A DNA stretch of 64,000 nucleotides, from positions 18,353-82,352 of the forward strand of contig JBNKCR010000026.1 of the NCBI GenBank assembly GCA_050287845.1, given 5' to 3'. Numbering within the stretch: the stretch's first letter is position 1; the number at the start of each line of letters is the position of its first letter. Positions 17,919-28,119 of this stretch are shown in pieces. The translations under genes were made by a program, and so were the position numbers. The stretch comes from Polyangia bacterium. Its GTDB lineage: Bacteria; Myxococcota_A; Polyangia; JAAYKL01. The notes under the pieces are model-generated. The model was not told the origin of the DNA, searched no databases, and worked only from the letters and a program-made list of their open reading frames with translations.

Positions 17919-20486
17919 ATGACTGGAACAAGAAAGCCCAAAATATTAATCAACTGGTGGTTTGCACTTATCGAAGCCATTCTGATTCGCTATGTGAAGG
18001 TTTCCGATCACTGGCTGGATACCGTTCGGCAGGCAAGCAAATCGGGTTCAGTGATTTTCATTCTGCGAAACCGCAATATAATTGATTTTTTGTGTCTCCG
18101 AGGCATTTGCAGACGCTACAATCTACCCCCTGTCGGCTTTGTATCCGGACTCTCGCCCCTATCGTTTATGCCGGTATGGAAAATCCTGCTATCGCTGTTC
18201 GGCTCTCGACGCAAAAATCGCCAGCTGACCAGGTGGATTCATACATTGAAACGGGGCGGCAGCGGTCTGGTATTTCTCAGGCGCCCGGCGCTCAGAAATG
18301 CCCTCGGCAATCGGCCAACCGAAACAAACGGTATTGAACTGGCAATCAACGCGCAAAAAAATCTGGACGTTCCGGTGATTGCAATTCCGACCGTATTTTT
18401 ATGGGGGGAAGCGCCGATGAAGCGCACCCGAAGCAACTGGTCCTATATTTTCGGTACGTCCGAATATCCCAGACTTCTGCGTTCCATATGGTTGCTCCTC
18501 AGACGACGTTCTGTCCATGAGCTTATATCGGCGGCCCCCATCAATATTGCGAAACTGAAAGAGGATAGGGGTGATGATGAGGTACGCCTGCAGAGCATCA
18601 TTCGAGCAAAAGTCGGCCGACAGATTGAGACGGTCAGAACCCACAAACTCGGTTCATTCAAAAAGGTGTCCGCAAGAGTAAAATTTGAAGTTTCGCAATC
18701 CAGACGTTTGCGCAGGGAACTTGATGGCATTGCCGAGGATATGCAAATCCCCAAACAGGAAATAGAAAAAAAGACCAGAGAAATCATAGAAAAGCTGGCA
18801 ACTGAATTTAAACCCCATGTTCTCTCCGCATTTGCCATGATCATGTTGTTTGTCTGGAAACGCATTTTCTCCGGTCTGGAGATTCCCAGAGAAGATATGG
18901 ACAGGATTCGCGATGCGGTGGGCAAAGGGCCACTCCTGCTCATCCCCTGTCATCGCAGTCACGTGGATTATCTGGCAATTTCCGAAACGATGAATTCCGC
19001 TAACATCATGCTCCCCCATATCGCCGCCGGAGACAATCTCGCCTTCTGGCCCATGGAATTTTTCTTCCGCTCGTGCGGCGCGTTTTTCATCCGCAGAAAA
19101 TTCGTGAATGACAAATTTTATCGCGCAATTGTAAATGCGTACATCCGAAAACTGATTCAGGAAAAGTACGCCATTGAAGTTTTCATTGAGGGAGGACGTT
19201 CGCGCACCGGAAAAATGTTGCGTCCCATGCTTGGAATGCTTGAGATGGCCCTGAACGCTTCTGCCGACCTACCCGGGCGTAATCCGGGCATCCTTCCCGT
19301 ATATATTGGTTATGACAAAGTCATAGAAGAAGATGCGTATATTCGAGAAGCCCAGGGGAAGAAGAAGAAGTCCGAAAATGTGTTCGGCCTGCTGAAGTCC
19401 GCAAGGGTTCTGCTCCGAAATTATGGCCGGTTATATGTGCGCAGCGGATCGTTCTTCACCGTACAGGACATTCTGCAACAGATGGGCCATGGCATAGCCG
19501 ACCTCACCGACAGTCCGGTACGCCGAAAAATCGCACAGGAAATTGGGCGCAGAACGTTGCTCGAAATCAATCGGAATGCGGTTGTCACCCTGAACTCCGT
19601 CCTCGCGACCGCTCTGCTGGCCTCAAACGCCAAGTCGGTTTCCAGCGAAGAAATATACAAACGCACCCGACGATTGGTGGAAATTCTGAACGATGGCAGT
19701 ATCAATTTTTCCAGCGATGCACTGGCGTTGTTGACCGAAGAATACACCGATAGAAAGTCTGCGTTTCAAAGGGCGCTTTCCATCTTTGCCGGAGACAAAC
19801 GGATTTCCAATTGCAGCAATGGTCAAAGAGGAGAGATAACACAGTTGGAAGTCAAACCTTCGGCCAGAATGGGATTGGATTTTTACAAAAATAATACAAT
19901 CCATTTCTGGACCTCAGCAGCACTCATCGCCCCGGTGCTTGGCAGCAGTTCTCAGGGATGCACATTCGAACAATGCAGAGAAACCGTATGTCTGCTGAGT
20001 CAACTGTATAAATGGGAACTTTTACTGCCCGACCAGAAAAATTGTTTCGACAATGAATTCACTCAACTGACCCGTCAGGGCATTGCCCTGCTGGAAAAAG
20101 CCGGCATCATACAGTTCTCCGAAGCACAGCGGTATATCGTGAGAGAGCAGGAGGACTTGCGTTTCATCACCGGCATCCTGCGAACACTGCATGAGACCTA
20201 TCACTGCGCTCTTTTTGTATCCCGCCAAAAAGTCTTATACAAAAATGTGTCAAATACAGTAACGGCAGCTGAACAGAGATTTGCGTTTGAGCTGAAAAAC
20301 GGCATGTATGAGATGCCCGAAGGACAGAACCGAATTATCTTTCAGTCCGCATTTGCCGCGCTCAAGGACCTGAAACTGAACCGTCCCGTCAATGGGGACA
20401 TGCCATATGCAGAAGGCGGAATTGGATTTCGACTGCTGCAATATATTGAAACAGCGCTACAATTCTGCACAACGCAGAAGAAATAA
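17919..20486 (+). CDS. plsB: Glycerol-3-phosphate 1-O-acyltransferase (PlsB-like)
   Basis: PCHRSHVDY (HX4D), AAGDNL, GAFFIRR and FIEGGRSRTGK blocks. Confidence 0.9.
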   Translation: MTGTRKPKILINWWFALIEAILIRYVKVSDHWLDTVRQASKSGSVIFILRNRNIIDFLCLRGICRRYNLPPVGFVSGLSPLSFMPVWKILLSLFGSRRKNRQLTRWIHTLKRGGSGLVFLRRPALRNALGNRPTETNGIELAINAQKNLDVPVIAIPTVFLWGEAPMKRTRSNWSYIFGTSEYPRLLRSIWLLLRRRSVHELISAAPINIAKLKEDRGDDEVRLQSIIRAKVGRQIETVRTHKLGSFKKVSARVKFEVSQSRRLRRELDGIAEDMQIPKQEIEKKTREIIEKLATEFKPHVLSAFAMIMLFVWKRIFSGLEIPREDMDRIRDAVGKGPLLLIPCHRSHVDYLAISETMNSANIMLPHIAAGDNLAFWPMEFFFRSCGAFFIRRKFVNDKFYRAIVNAYIRKLIQEKYAIEVFIEGGRSRTGKMLRPMLGMLEMALNASADLPGRNPGILPVYIGYDKVIEEDAYIREAQGKKKKSENVFGLLKSARVLLRNYGRLYVRSGSFFTVQDILQQMGHGIADLTDSPVRRKIAQEIGRRTLLEINRNAVVTLNSVLATALLASNAKSVSSEEIYKRTRRLVEILNDGSINFSSDALALLTEEYTDRKSAFQRALSIFAGDKRISNCSNGQRGEITQLEVKPSARMGLDFYKNNTIHFWTSAALIAPVLGSSSQGCTFEQCRETVCLLSQLYKWELLLPDQKNCFDNEFTQLTRQGIALLEKAGIIQFSEAQRYIVREQEDLRFITGILRTLHETYHCALFVSRQKVLYKNVSNTVTAAEQRFAFELKNGMYEMPEGQNRIIFQSAFAALKDLKLNRPVNGDMPYAEGGIGFRLLQYIETALQFCTTQKK

Positions 20487-20663
20487 CGCGCCCGGCGACA
20501 CAATGTATCCCGGAAAAATAGGCCTTCTCTTTTAGATTCGGTGAATCGGAAAAATTCCAAACATGTATTAAATGTTTTATTTTCTAAATATATAATTGGT
20601 TTCAATTAGACATTTCTGACAAATCAGACGGTTAATTTGTTGCAAATAAAATACACTCCAGTG

Positions 20664-20687
20664 AATTGTCTACAAATGTAGACAATT
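20664..20687. promoter_or_regulatory. Perfect palindrome, candidate activator-binding site
   Basis: AATTGTCTACA-AA-TGTAGACAATT: 11-bp perfect inverted repeat upstream of the kps operon. Confidence 0.55.
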
Positions 20688-20740
20688 AAAAACGCTTTAA
20701 TTCCCACGGTTTTATTTCGCCCCGGGTGTAGGCCCCCGAA

Positions 20741-20756
20741 TGGTCCAGAAATTGCT
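20741..20756 (+). promoter_or_regulatory. Candidate sigma-54 (-24/-12) promoter for the kps operon
   Basis: TGGTCC-AGAAA-TTGCT has exact GG-N10-GC spacing and lies about 55 bp downstream of the palindrome. Confidence 0.5.
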
Positions 20757-21027
20757 TATGTTAAAGAGCGACTCATGACCCGTTGATATGATGATTTTCA
20801 GTCATCACAGGATTTGCAAAAAAAAATGATACTACGGATAGTCTGAAGGCACTTTTGAGTTACAATATGATTGGCAATTTAACATATTTATGGCAAAGAC
20901 AACCCCTCAAAGGAGGAAACAGTTGTACGGCTATCCCGTAATGAATTTTTTGTACGGTTTCCGTCGATACTACAGTTCTTATTTTTTTTTCCCTGTTTGC
21001 AGGGACTTTTGAGGAGCTAAATTTATT

Positions 21028-22029
21028 ATGGCAGAAGATTTTGGAACCGGAAATAATGTCATTTCGCTGGCAAGTAAGAGAAAGCAGTCCCAACAGGTTG
21101 TTGAAGAGGTCAAGGACATTTTTCGTTTGCAGGCAATGGCTATTGCCAGTCTTTCCAACAAAATAAACGGCGAGTTCAGCAGAGCTGTCAAGACTATCCT
21201 CAATACGACCGGACACCTTGTGGTTTGCGGCATCGGAAAATCAGGCCTGATTGGTCAGAAGATGGCAGCAACCTTTGCGTCTACGGGAACGCCCAGCTTC
21301 TTTGTTCATCCGGCTGAGGCCTATCACGGCGATCTGGGCATGATCACCGAAGAGGACTCAATCATATTGATTTCCAATAGCGGCGAAACTGAAGAAATTG
21401 TCCGCCTGATTCCTTACCTGAAACAGATTAATATTCCCATTATCGCACTTGTTGGCAGGCTGAATTCCCACCTGGCAGCCCAGGCCGATGTCTGTATCGA
21501 TATATCTGTTGACCGGGAGGTATGTCCCAACAACCTGGCGCCAACGAATTCGACACTGGCAACCCTCGCCATGGGGGATGCGCTCGCGGTTTCATTGATC
21601 AAGGAACGTGATTTCCAGGCCAATGACTTTGCCCGGTTGCATCCCGGGGGAACTCTTGGTCGAAAATTGCTAACGGCAGTTAAAGACGTCATGCATACAG
21701 GCGCGCTACCGATTGTTTCACCGGAACAGAGTGTCCAGGATTCACTGATACCAATGACCCAGGGCCGTCTGGGCCTGGTACTTGCCATGGAAAACGACAA
21801 GCTTCTGGGAATCGTTACAGATGGAGATCTTCGCCGAGCGCTTCAGAAACACGCTGATCTGTCCAGAGTCACTGTAGGCTCTATCATGACTTCAACCCCC
21901 AAGACCATTTGCGAAACAGCACGATTGGCGGATGCCGAAGACATCATGAAACAAAATAAAATAAAAGCACTTGTGGTTTTAAACGACAGCGGTAAGGTCT
22001 CGGGGATTCTGGAAATCTTTGACGATTGA
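21028..22029 (+). CDS. kpsF: Arabinose-5-phosphate isomerase, KpsF/GutQ family
   Basis: SIS domain GIGKSG, STGTPS, EAYHGDLG, HPGG.LG plus a CBS pair. Confidence 0.93.
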   Translation: MAEDFGTGNNVISLASKRKQSQQVVEEVKDIFRLQAMAIASLSNKINGEFSRAVKTILNTTGHLVVCGIGKSGLIGQKMAATFASTGTPSFFVHPAEAYHGDLGMITEEDSIILISNSGETEEIVRLIPYLKQINIPIIALVGRLNSHLAAQADVCIDISVDREVCPNNLAPTNSTLATLAMGDALAVSLIKERDFQANDFARLHPGGTLGRKLLTAVKDVMHTGALPIVSPEQSVQDSLIPMTQGRLGLVLAMENDKLLGIVTDGDLRRALQKHADLSRVTVGSIMTSTPKTICETARLADAEDIMKQNKIKALVVLNDSGKVSGILEIFDD

Positions 22030-22050
22030 CGAAAACAAGTATGGCACAAT

Positions 22051-22422
22051 ATGAAAACGATTTTAAAATTCCTAATTCTCTCACTGGCTCTGGCGTGCAT
22101 CACAATTTCATGTAGTGGTGCACACGGGAAAAACACATCAACAGGATATGATCTTACTCTAAACACAGCCGTCTCCCCCCAGAACGAAAGTGAAAAAATC
22201 ATCCTGAGCAAAATTGCTGCCACTCCTGCCGGAGTACTCACCCAGGCGGGTAACACATCTTTCATCATAACCAGCCACTACTTTGCCGCCAGCGGCAGGG
22301 CATGCAAATCAATTGAAATCACAGGTACTGCAAACGCGCCGGCGAGCCCAAGAACGGTCTGTGAATTCGAAGGCCAGTGGGGATTTGCTCCAGAGGTTCT
22401 CCCCACCACCAACCTCCAATGA
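22051..22422 (+). CDS. Capsule-locus lipoprotein (DVU3141-like)
   Basis: Lipoprotein signal (ITIS-C); YFAASGRACK...VC....W motif; located between kpsF and kpsM. Confidence 0.6.
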   Translation: MKTILKFLILSLALACITISCSGAHGKNTSTGYDLTLNTAVSPQNESEKIILSKIAATPAGVLTQAGNTSFIITSHYFAASGRACKSIEITGTANAPASPRTVCEFEGQWGFAPEVLPTTNLQ

Positions 22423-23213
22423 CTGCCATTGCACGAGAGTACGCACGCGGCTTCTTCATGCAGCTGCATGTCATCCATGCGTTAATTCTTCGGGAAACCC
22501 GAACGACATTCGGCAAACATAGTCTCGGGTACATCTGGGCATTCATGGAGCCGCTCGTCGGAGTGGGGATATTTCTAGGAATGTTTATTATCACTGATAG
22601 AATTCCCCCATCGGGAACGGACGCTGTCGGGTTTCTTTGCACCGGATTTTTACCATATGGACTTTTCAGCGGTACCATGGGGAAAGCTCGTTCCGCAGTG
22701 AGTGCAAACCTTGGATTGCTCTATTACCCTCAGGTTCATACCCTGGATCTCGTTGCAGCACGCGCAATTCTGGAAACGGCGACGATTGCTATCACGTTTT
22801 TTGGTGCAATGCTCGTGAACACTATTCTAACACAGCACTTTCCGTTGGAAAGCGCATTAAAAACACTCACAGGTCTTGGTTTCGCGGCGTTGCTGGGTAC
22901 AGGTCTCGGTCTGATTTTCAACAGTCTGTGCATGGTTGTTCCCACTGCCGAACACTTTATTAATCCGATCCTGAGGCCGCTGTTCTGGATTTCAGGATTG
23001 TTTTTCAGTGCCCATGAACTTTCGAGTTCCGTGAGGGAAATGTTCCTGTGGAATCCCATTCTTCAGATTATCGAACTCACTCGGGACGGATGGTTTCAGA
23101 CATACGACCATCAATATTACAGCTATTCATACATCATGTACTGGATATTGGGTTTTTTATTTGTTGGAATGGTCTCTGAAAAATTAACCAGAAAATATAT
23201 CACTGGCTCATGA
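22419..23213 (+). CDS. kpsM: Capsular polysaccharide ABC transporter permease
   Basis: ATGA overlap at 22419; ALILRETRTTFG..LGYIWA..EP, RPLFWISG.FF, WNPILQIIE. Confidence 0.93.
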   Translation: MTAIAREYARGFFMQLHVIHALILRETRTTFGKHSLGYIWAFMEPLVGVGIFLGMFIITDRIPPSGTDAVGFLCTGFLPYGLFSGTMGKARSAVSANLGLLYYPQVHTLDLVAARAILETATIAITFFGAMLVNTILTQHFPLESALKTLTGLGFAALLGTGLGLIFNSLCMVVPTAEHFINPILRPLFWISGLFFSAHELSSSVREMFLWNPILQIIELTRDGWFQTYDHQYYSYSYIMYWILGFLFVGMVSEKLTRKYITGS

Positions 23214-23857
23214 TTGAGATAAGGAATATTTATAAAACATATCACATCAATGGGAATACCAACCATGTTTTACGTGATATTAGCGCTGTCTTCCCCGACA
23301 ATACCAATATAGGCATTGTCGGGTTAAACGGTGCTGGGAAATCGACACTTTTGCGCATCATGGGTGGGGTGGAGTTGCCGGATTCAGGGAAGATCATTCG
23401 AAAAGGCCGTATCTCCTGGCCCATTGGTTTTTCCGGTGGCTTCAATGGCTCCTTGAGCGGGGAGGAGAACTGTAGATTCGTGGCACGGATATATAATGAG
23501 GATGTTGACCGTGTCATCGGATTCGCCCAGGACTTTGCAGAAATTGGCAAGCATTTTTTTCTTCCCGTGAAGACGTACTCTTCAGGTATGAAAGCCCGGT
23601 TGGCATTTGGTTTGAGTATGGCTATTGATTTTAATGCCTATTTAATTGATGAAGTTACCGCTGTGGGAGACAATATATTCCAGAAAAAATGCAAGCGGGT
23701 ATTTGATGAACGAAGAAGCCGAACATCGATAATCATGGTCTCTCATAGCATGAATACAATTAAAAGTTTTTGCGATAAATGCGCAATTCTAACCCGAGGT
23801 TCGTTTCATATGTTCGAGTCAATCGATGAGGCGGCAGAGATATACAAGGCACTGTAA
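23210..23857 (+). CDS. kpsT: Capsular polysaccharide ABC transporter ATPase (no C-terminal CBM)
   Basis: GLNGAGKST, YSSGMKARLAF, YLIDEVTAVGD; 215 aa. Confidence 0.95.
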   Translation: MIEIRNIYKTYHINGNTNHVLRDISAVFPDNTNIGIVGLNGAGKSTLLRIMGGVELPDSGKIIRKGRISWPIGFSGGFNGSLSGEENCRFVARIYNEDVDRVIGFAQDFAEIGKHFFLPVKTYSSGMKARLAFGLSMAIDFNAYLIDEVTAVGDNIFQKKCKRVFDERRSRTSIIMVSHSMNTIKSFCDKCAILTRGSFHMFESIDEAAEIYKAL

Positions 23858-25152
23858 TGCAGGAACAAAAACCACAGAACAACAATTCACAGGGCGTCGC
23901 CCAGCTCGCAGCTGCCCAGAATCCCAACACCGCCTCTGCGATGTCAAAAGACGAAAAGCACATGCAGAATCTGCAAGCGGCGAACAAATTAAAACAGATT
24001 CATACTGCCGCCGCCAACCAACCGATGGACTATGAAGCAAAAGCCAGGAAAAGGCGAAAAAGAAGAGCCTTTCTTCTTATTCAGAAACTGTTCATTTTTG
24101 TGATTGCCCCTACCATTGCCGCCTCTGTGTACTATGTATTTTTCGCCAAAGACCAATTCATGTCCACTTCGTCCGTCTCTGTTAAAACGGAAGGAACGCC
24201 ATCACTGGGAATCGACTCCATCATCGGCTCCTTCGCCTCTTCAGGAACCTCAAAGGACGCACTCACGGTTCAACAGTACATTTTATCCAGAGACATGCTC
24301 AAATTGCTGGACGAAAAAGAGCATTTTTTGAAACATTATCAGAATCCCAACATTGATTTCCTGGCTCGTCTGGCACCGGATGCCACATTTGAGGATGCGT
24401 ACGAATATTACCTGGAGATGGTTGGCATCAAATTTGATTCTGAATCGGGGGTACTCACCCTGGAAGTAAAAGCATTCGATCCCGAAAGTGCCCAACGGTT
24501 TGCCCAAACACTGATTAAACTGAGTGAACAAAAAGTAAATGCTATGTCCATTCATATGCAGAATGATAAAATCGCTTTCACCAAAGGCGTGTTAAATGAA
24601 GCGGAGCAGCGTCTTTTCGCAGCGCAGAAGGCGATTTTATCCATTCAACAGGAACAGGGGGACTTCAGTCCAGACCATTCTGCAAAATCTTTGATGGGGT
24701 TAAAAAGTGGTCTGGAGTCCGCCCTGGCGCAGGCACAGACTGAATTGAATGAAGCCAGAGCCATCATGGCGCCCACAGCGCCGCAGGTATTGGCGCTGGA
24801 CAGCAAGGTACGCTCCATTAGAGCGCAAATACGGAAAGAAAATAACCGGCTCATCGGTTCTGCGGAAGATGGTGGTATGGGGAAAAACATTGCGGAATTT
24901 GAACTGGCAATGCTTGAAAAAGAGCTGGCCCAAAAAGAGTACCAATCGGCCACGATATCTTTGGAGGCAGCAAGACTGGACGCACTCAAACAAAAAAGCT
25001 ATCTGGTTGAAATAACTTCCCCCTCATTGGTTGACGAAGCCAGCTACCCCAAACGTTGGCTGAAAATCCTCACTGTTTTTCTGGTTTCACTGGCAGTATT
25101 CGGCATTTTTTCCCTTACCGTTTCCGCAGTCAAAGAGCACGCCAGAATTTAG
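23857..25152 (+). CDS. kpsE: Capsule export inner-membrane protein (PCP-3)
   Basis: Two TM segments flanking a coiled periplasmic domain; YILSRDML, P.L.DEA.YPKR; ends in EH. Confidence 0.9.
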   Translation: MQEQKPQNNNSQGVAQLAAAQNPNTASAMSKDEKHMQNLQAANKLKQIHTAAANQPMDYEAKARKRRKRRAFLLIQKLFIFVIAPTIAASVYYVFFAKDQFMSTSSVSVKTEGTPSLGIDSIIGSFASSGTSKDALTVQQYILSRDMLKLLDEKEHFLKHYQNPNIDFLARLAPDATFEDAYEYYLEMVGIKFDSESGVLTLEVKAFDPESAQRFAQTLIKLSEQKVNAMSIHMQNDKIAFTKGVLNEAEQRLFAAQKAILSIQQEQGDFSPDHSAKSLMGLKSGLESALAQAQTELNEARAIMAPTAPQVLALDSKVRSIRAQIRKENNRLIGSAEDGGMGKNIAEFELAMLEKELAQKEYQSATISLEAARLDALKQKSYLVEITSPSLVDEASYPKRWLKILTVFLVSLAVFGIFSLTVSAVKEHARI

Positions 25153-25219
25153 CGTTACACCACTTGAAAAAAAAACGAATTCGGTTACTTTATCGCTGTT
25201 TTTATTCAGGAAATCATTT

Positions 25220-26956
25220 ATGAAAAAATCAATTATTCATTTGTATCCAATTATTGTTGTTTTTTGTTTACTCCTTTCTGGAGGGGTATTCGCCCAGACT
25301 CCGACTGCTGCGCAAATCGCAGCAGCAAGAGCAGCGCAAGCGCAGGCAGCCAACGGAAACCAGCCAACAGCGCCTGCGGCGGCTGCTACCCAGAACACTT
25401 TCTCGACCCCGGACGAGTTGATTATGGAACCGGAAATGCCACCCCCGGTAAATGAAACGCCCAAAGAGGCGCTTTTACCTTATGGCGCCAATCTTTTTTC
25501 CGGACATTTCATCAAAACCAGAGAAAACGGTCTCAATCCCAATTACATCATCATGACCGGGGACAAGATAGCGATATCCTCTTGGGGAGTTGTCAACATT
25601 AACAACATTTTCACGGTGGATGGCCAGGGGAATATTTTTCTGCCTGAGATTGGACCTATTCGAGTTGAAGGGGCGAAATATGCAAATCTGAACAGGCTGG
25701 TCAGTGCATCTGTGCGCAAAGTGTACTTGCGCAATGTCAATGTGTACACCAACCTGCTCACCGCCAATCCCATTGCGGTATTCGTGACGGGTGGCGTGGT
25801 CAATCCCGGGCGTTACGCCGGGCTACCCTCAGACAGCGTCCTCTATTTTTTAGATCAGGCCGCCGGTATCAACCCCAACCTTGGCAGCTATCGACGGATT
25901 GTCGTTTTGCGTGACAACGAGAAAATTGCGTCCATTGATTTGTACGACTTTTTGCTCAACGGAAAAATCGATGTTCCGCAGCTGCAGGATAACGACACTA
26001 TTCTGGTGGAACGCAGAGGGCCCGTAGTAGAATTGTCGGGGAATGTCGCTTCGCCCTGTCTCATTGAATTCAAATCCGACACCAATACCGGCGCCGACGC
26101 CATGGCCATTATTCCCAAAGCGGCCACCGCCACAGAAGTCACTATCACAGGAATTCGACATGGTCGACCGTACGCCAAGACGTCGAAGATAGATACTTTT
26201 CAGCAGGAGCCGCTGTTCAATGGGGACACCATTAACATTCGCACCGATGGCCGAACCGAATCCATTATGATCAAGTTGCACGGTGAGTTCGAGGGTCCGA
26301 CGATGCTCACGGTAAATCGTGGCGCGCGGTTGGTTGATGTTCTGAACATGATACCCACGTCACAAGAATTGGCCAATGTGAACGCGGTGCATATTCTTCG
26401 CAGATCCGTGGCATTGGCACAAAAGGATGCCATTACCGATTCCCTCTTTCGCCTGGAACGAAGCGCGCTTCTTGCCCTTTCCGCATCTCAGGGAGAATCA
26501 GCGATTCGCATCAGAGAAGCGAATTTGACTGCACAATTTGTTCAGCGAGCTCGGCAAATCCAGCCATTGGGTCGCGTCGTAACGGTTCAGAATGGAAAGC
26601 AGCTGAATGTATTGCTGGAGGACGGCGACACGATTGTGATCCCCCCGAGAACCAATGTGGTTCGTATTGGCGGCGAAGTGATGATTGCACAGGCAGTTAT
26701 GTTCAAGGAAGACACCTCTGCACGAGAATACATCAGAATGGCGGGTGGCTATTCCGAACGGGGTGATGACGACATGGTGATTGTGCTTCATGCTGACGCA
26801 TCTGTTTCCATCGAAGATCCGGACGATGTAATACTGCCAGGGGACGAAATTCTGGTTCCCCCTCGTATTGACGTGAAAGTACTTCAGAATGCTGCGGATG
26901 TGATGCAAATCATTTATCAGGTGGCGGTTTCGGCAGGGGTTGTGCTTCGCCTGTAA
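25220..26956 (+). CDS. kpsD: Polysaccharide export OPX protein with SLBB repeats
   Basis: PYGANLFSG.F, NPNY.I..GD, VDGQGNIFLPEIGP, multiple SLBB units, Y.RMAGG. Confidence 0.88.
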   Translation: MKKSIIHLYPIIVVFCLLLSGGVFAQTPTAAQIAAARAAQAQAANGNQPTAPAAAATQNTFSTPDELIMEPEMPPPVNETPKEALLPYGANLFSGHFIKTRENGLNPNYIIMTGDKIAISSWGVVNINNIFTVDGQGNIFLPEIGPIRVEGAKYANLNRLVSASVRKVYLRNVNVYTNLLTANPIAVFVTGGVVNPGRYAGLPSDSVLYFLDQAAGINPNLGSYRRIVVLRDNEKIASIDLYDFLLNGKIDVPQLQDNDTILVERRGPVVELSGNVASPCLIEFKSDTNTGADAMAIIPKAATATEVTITGIRHGRPYAKTSKIDTFQQEPLFNGDTINIRTDGRTESIMIKLHGEFEGPTMLTVNRGARLVDVLNMIPTSQELANVNAVHILRRSVALAQKDAITDSLFRLERSALLALSASQGESAIRIREANLTAQFVQRARQIQPLGRVVTVQNGKQLNVLLEDGDTIVIPPRTNVVRIGGEVMIAQAVMFKEDTSAREYIRMAGGYSERGDDDMVIVLHADASVSIEDPDDVILPGDEILVPPRIDVKVLQNAADVMQIIYQVAVSAGVVLRL

Positions 26957-27077
26957 TCTGAATGTGAATTTCCCGCCCCTCCCCTCATCCTCATCCGCAA
27001 TTCAAAACAATCTCTGTGAACTGAAGAAAACTGAATCAGATATGCATCGTGTGACTTCCGATCGTCTACTGGTTCCG

Positions 27078-28109
27078 CTACCCCAGATACCAGGCGTACA
27101 TCCTGGAGATGCCATCGGCAAGGGTCGTTGAGGCTTGCCATCCAAGCCGGTTCAGTTTCGTGACATCCAGAAGTTTTCTTGGGGTACCATCTGGTTTTGT
27201 TGTGTCAAATACCAATTTACCACCGAATCCCACGACTTCCCGTATCAGTTCTGCAAGCGCAGCAATTGTCAGATCCGTACCAGTGCCGATATTAATATGA
27301 GTATTCACAACTTCGCTTCGTCCTTCGGCCAAATCTGAGAAATTGACATTTTCCATGACGAACACGCACGCATCGGCCATATCCTCGGAATACAGGAATT
27401 CACGATATGGCGTGCCAGAGCCCCAAATCGTGACCGATTCTCCCGAAATCCCATATTGTTCGGTAACGGAACGCCATTGCTGGGTCCCCAGGTCGCGCGT
27501 AACAGCGTCTTCATTGCCCTGTTCCAATAGTTTTGCCAGATGCATCTTGCGTATCAGCGCGGGAAGAACATGGGATTTCTCCAAATCAAAGTTGTCAAAA
27601 GGTCCGTAGAGGTTTGTGGGCATCACTGAGATGAAATTGGTACCGTATTGAAGATTATATGCCTCGCACATTTTCAGCCCGGCAATCTTGGCAATGGCAT
27701 ACGGCTCATTGGTGTACTCAAGCTCACTGGTCAACAGGTACTCTTCTTTCATGGGCTGGGGACACAGACGGGGATAAATACAGCTGCTGCCAAGAAATAA
27801 CAGCTTTTTCACCCCATGGAGGTAACTTGAATGAACGACATTGTTCTGTATCTGAAGATTGGAATGAATGAATTCTGCCCGATAGGTATTGTTGGCAACA
27901 ATCCCTCCTACCCGGGCAGCTGCAAGAAACACGTATTCCGGTTTCTCTGAGTTGAAAAAAGCTTCTGTTTCTGCAAAGTTTTCAAGGTTCAATTCTTCAA
28001 TCGTTTTACCCAGAATATTGGTGTAGCCATGTTTCTCAAGAGAGCGGCAGAGAGCGCTTCCCACCAGTCCGGTATGTCCTGCCACGTAAATCTTACTTGT
28101 TTTTTTCAT
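27078..28109 (-). CDS. fcl: GDP-L-fucose synthase
   Basis: VAGHTGLVGSA, FLGSSCIYP, YAIAK, MPTNLYGP, SHVLPALIRK, KPDGTPRK. Confidence 0.97.
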   Translation of the reverse strand: MKKTSKIYVAGHTGLVGSALCRSLEKHGYTNILGKTIEELNLENFAETEAFFNSEKPEYVFLAAARVGGIVANNTYRAEFIHSNLQIQNNVVHSSYLHGVKKLLFLGSSCIYPRLCPQPMKEEYLLTSELEYTNEPYAIAKIAGLKMCEAYNLQYGTNFISVMPTNLYGPFDNFDLEKSHVLPALIRKMHLAKLLEQGNEDAVTRDLGTQQWRSVTEQYGISGESVTIWGSGTPYREFLYSEDMADACVFVMENVNFSDLAEGRSEVVNTHINIGTGTDLTIAALAELIREVVGFGGKLVFDTTKPDGTPRKLLDVTKLNRLGWQASTTLADGISRMYAWYLG

Positions 28110-28119
28110 ATCTCCACAC

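Noticed and set aside
20890..20940. GGCAAA...stem in the kps leader resembling a c-di-GMP-I riboswitch
   Set aside because: It lacks the GAAA tetraloop/receptor and the GACGCAAAGC core.
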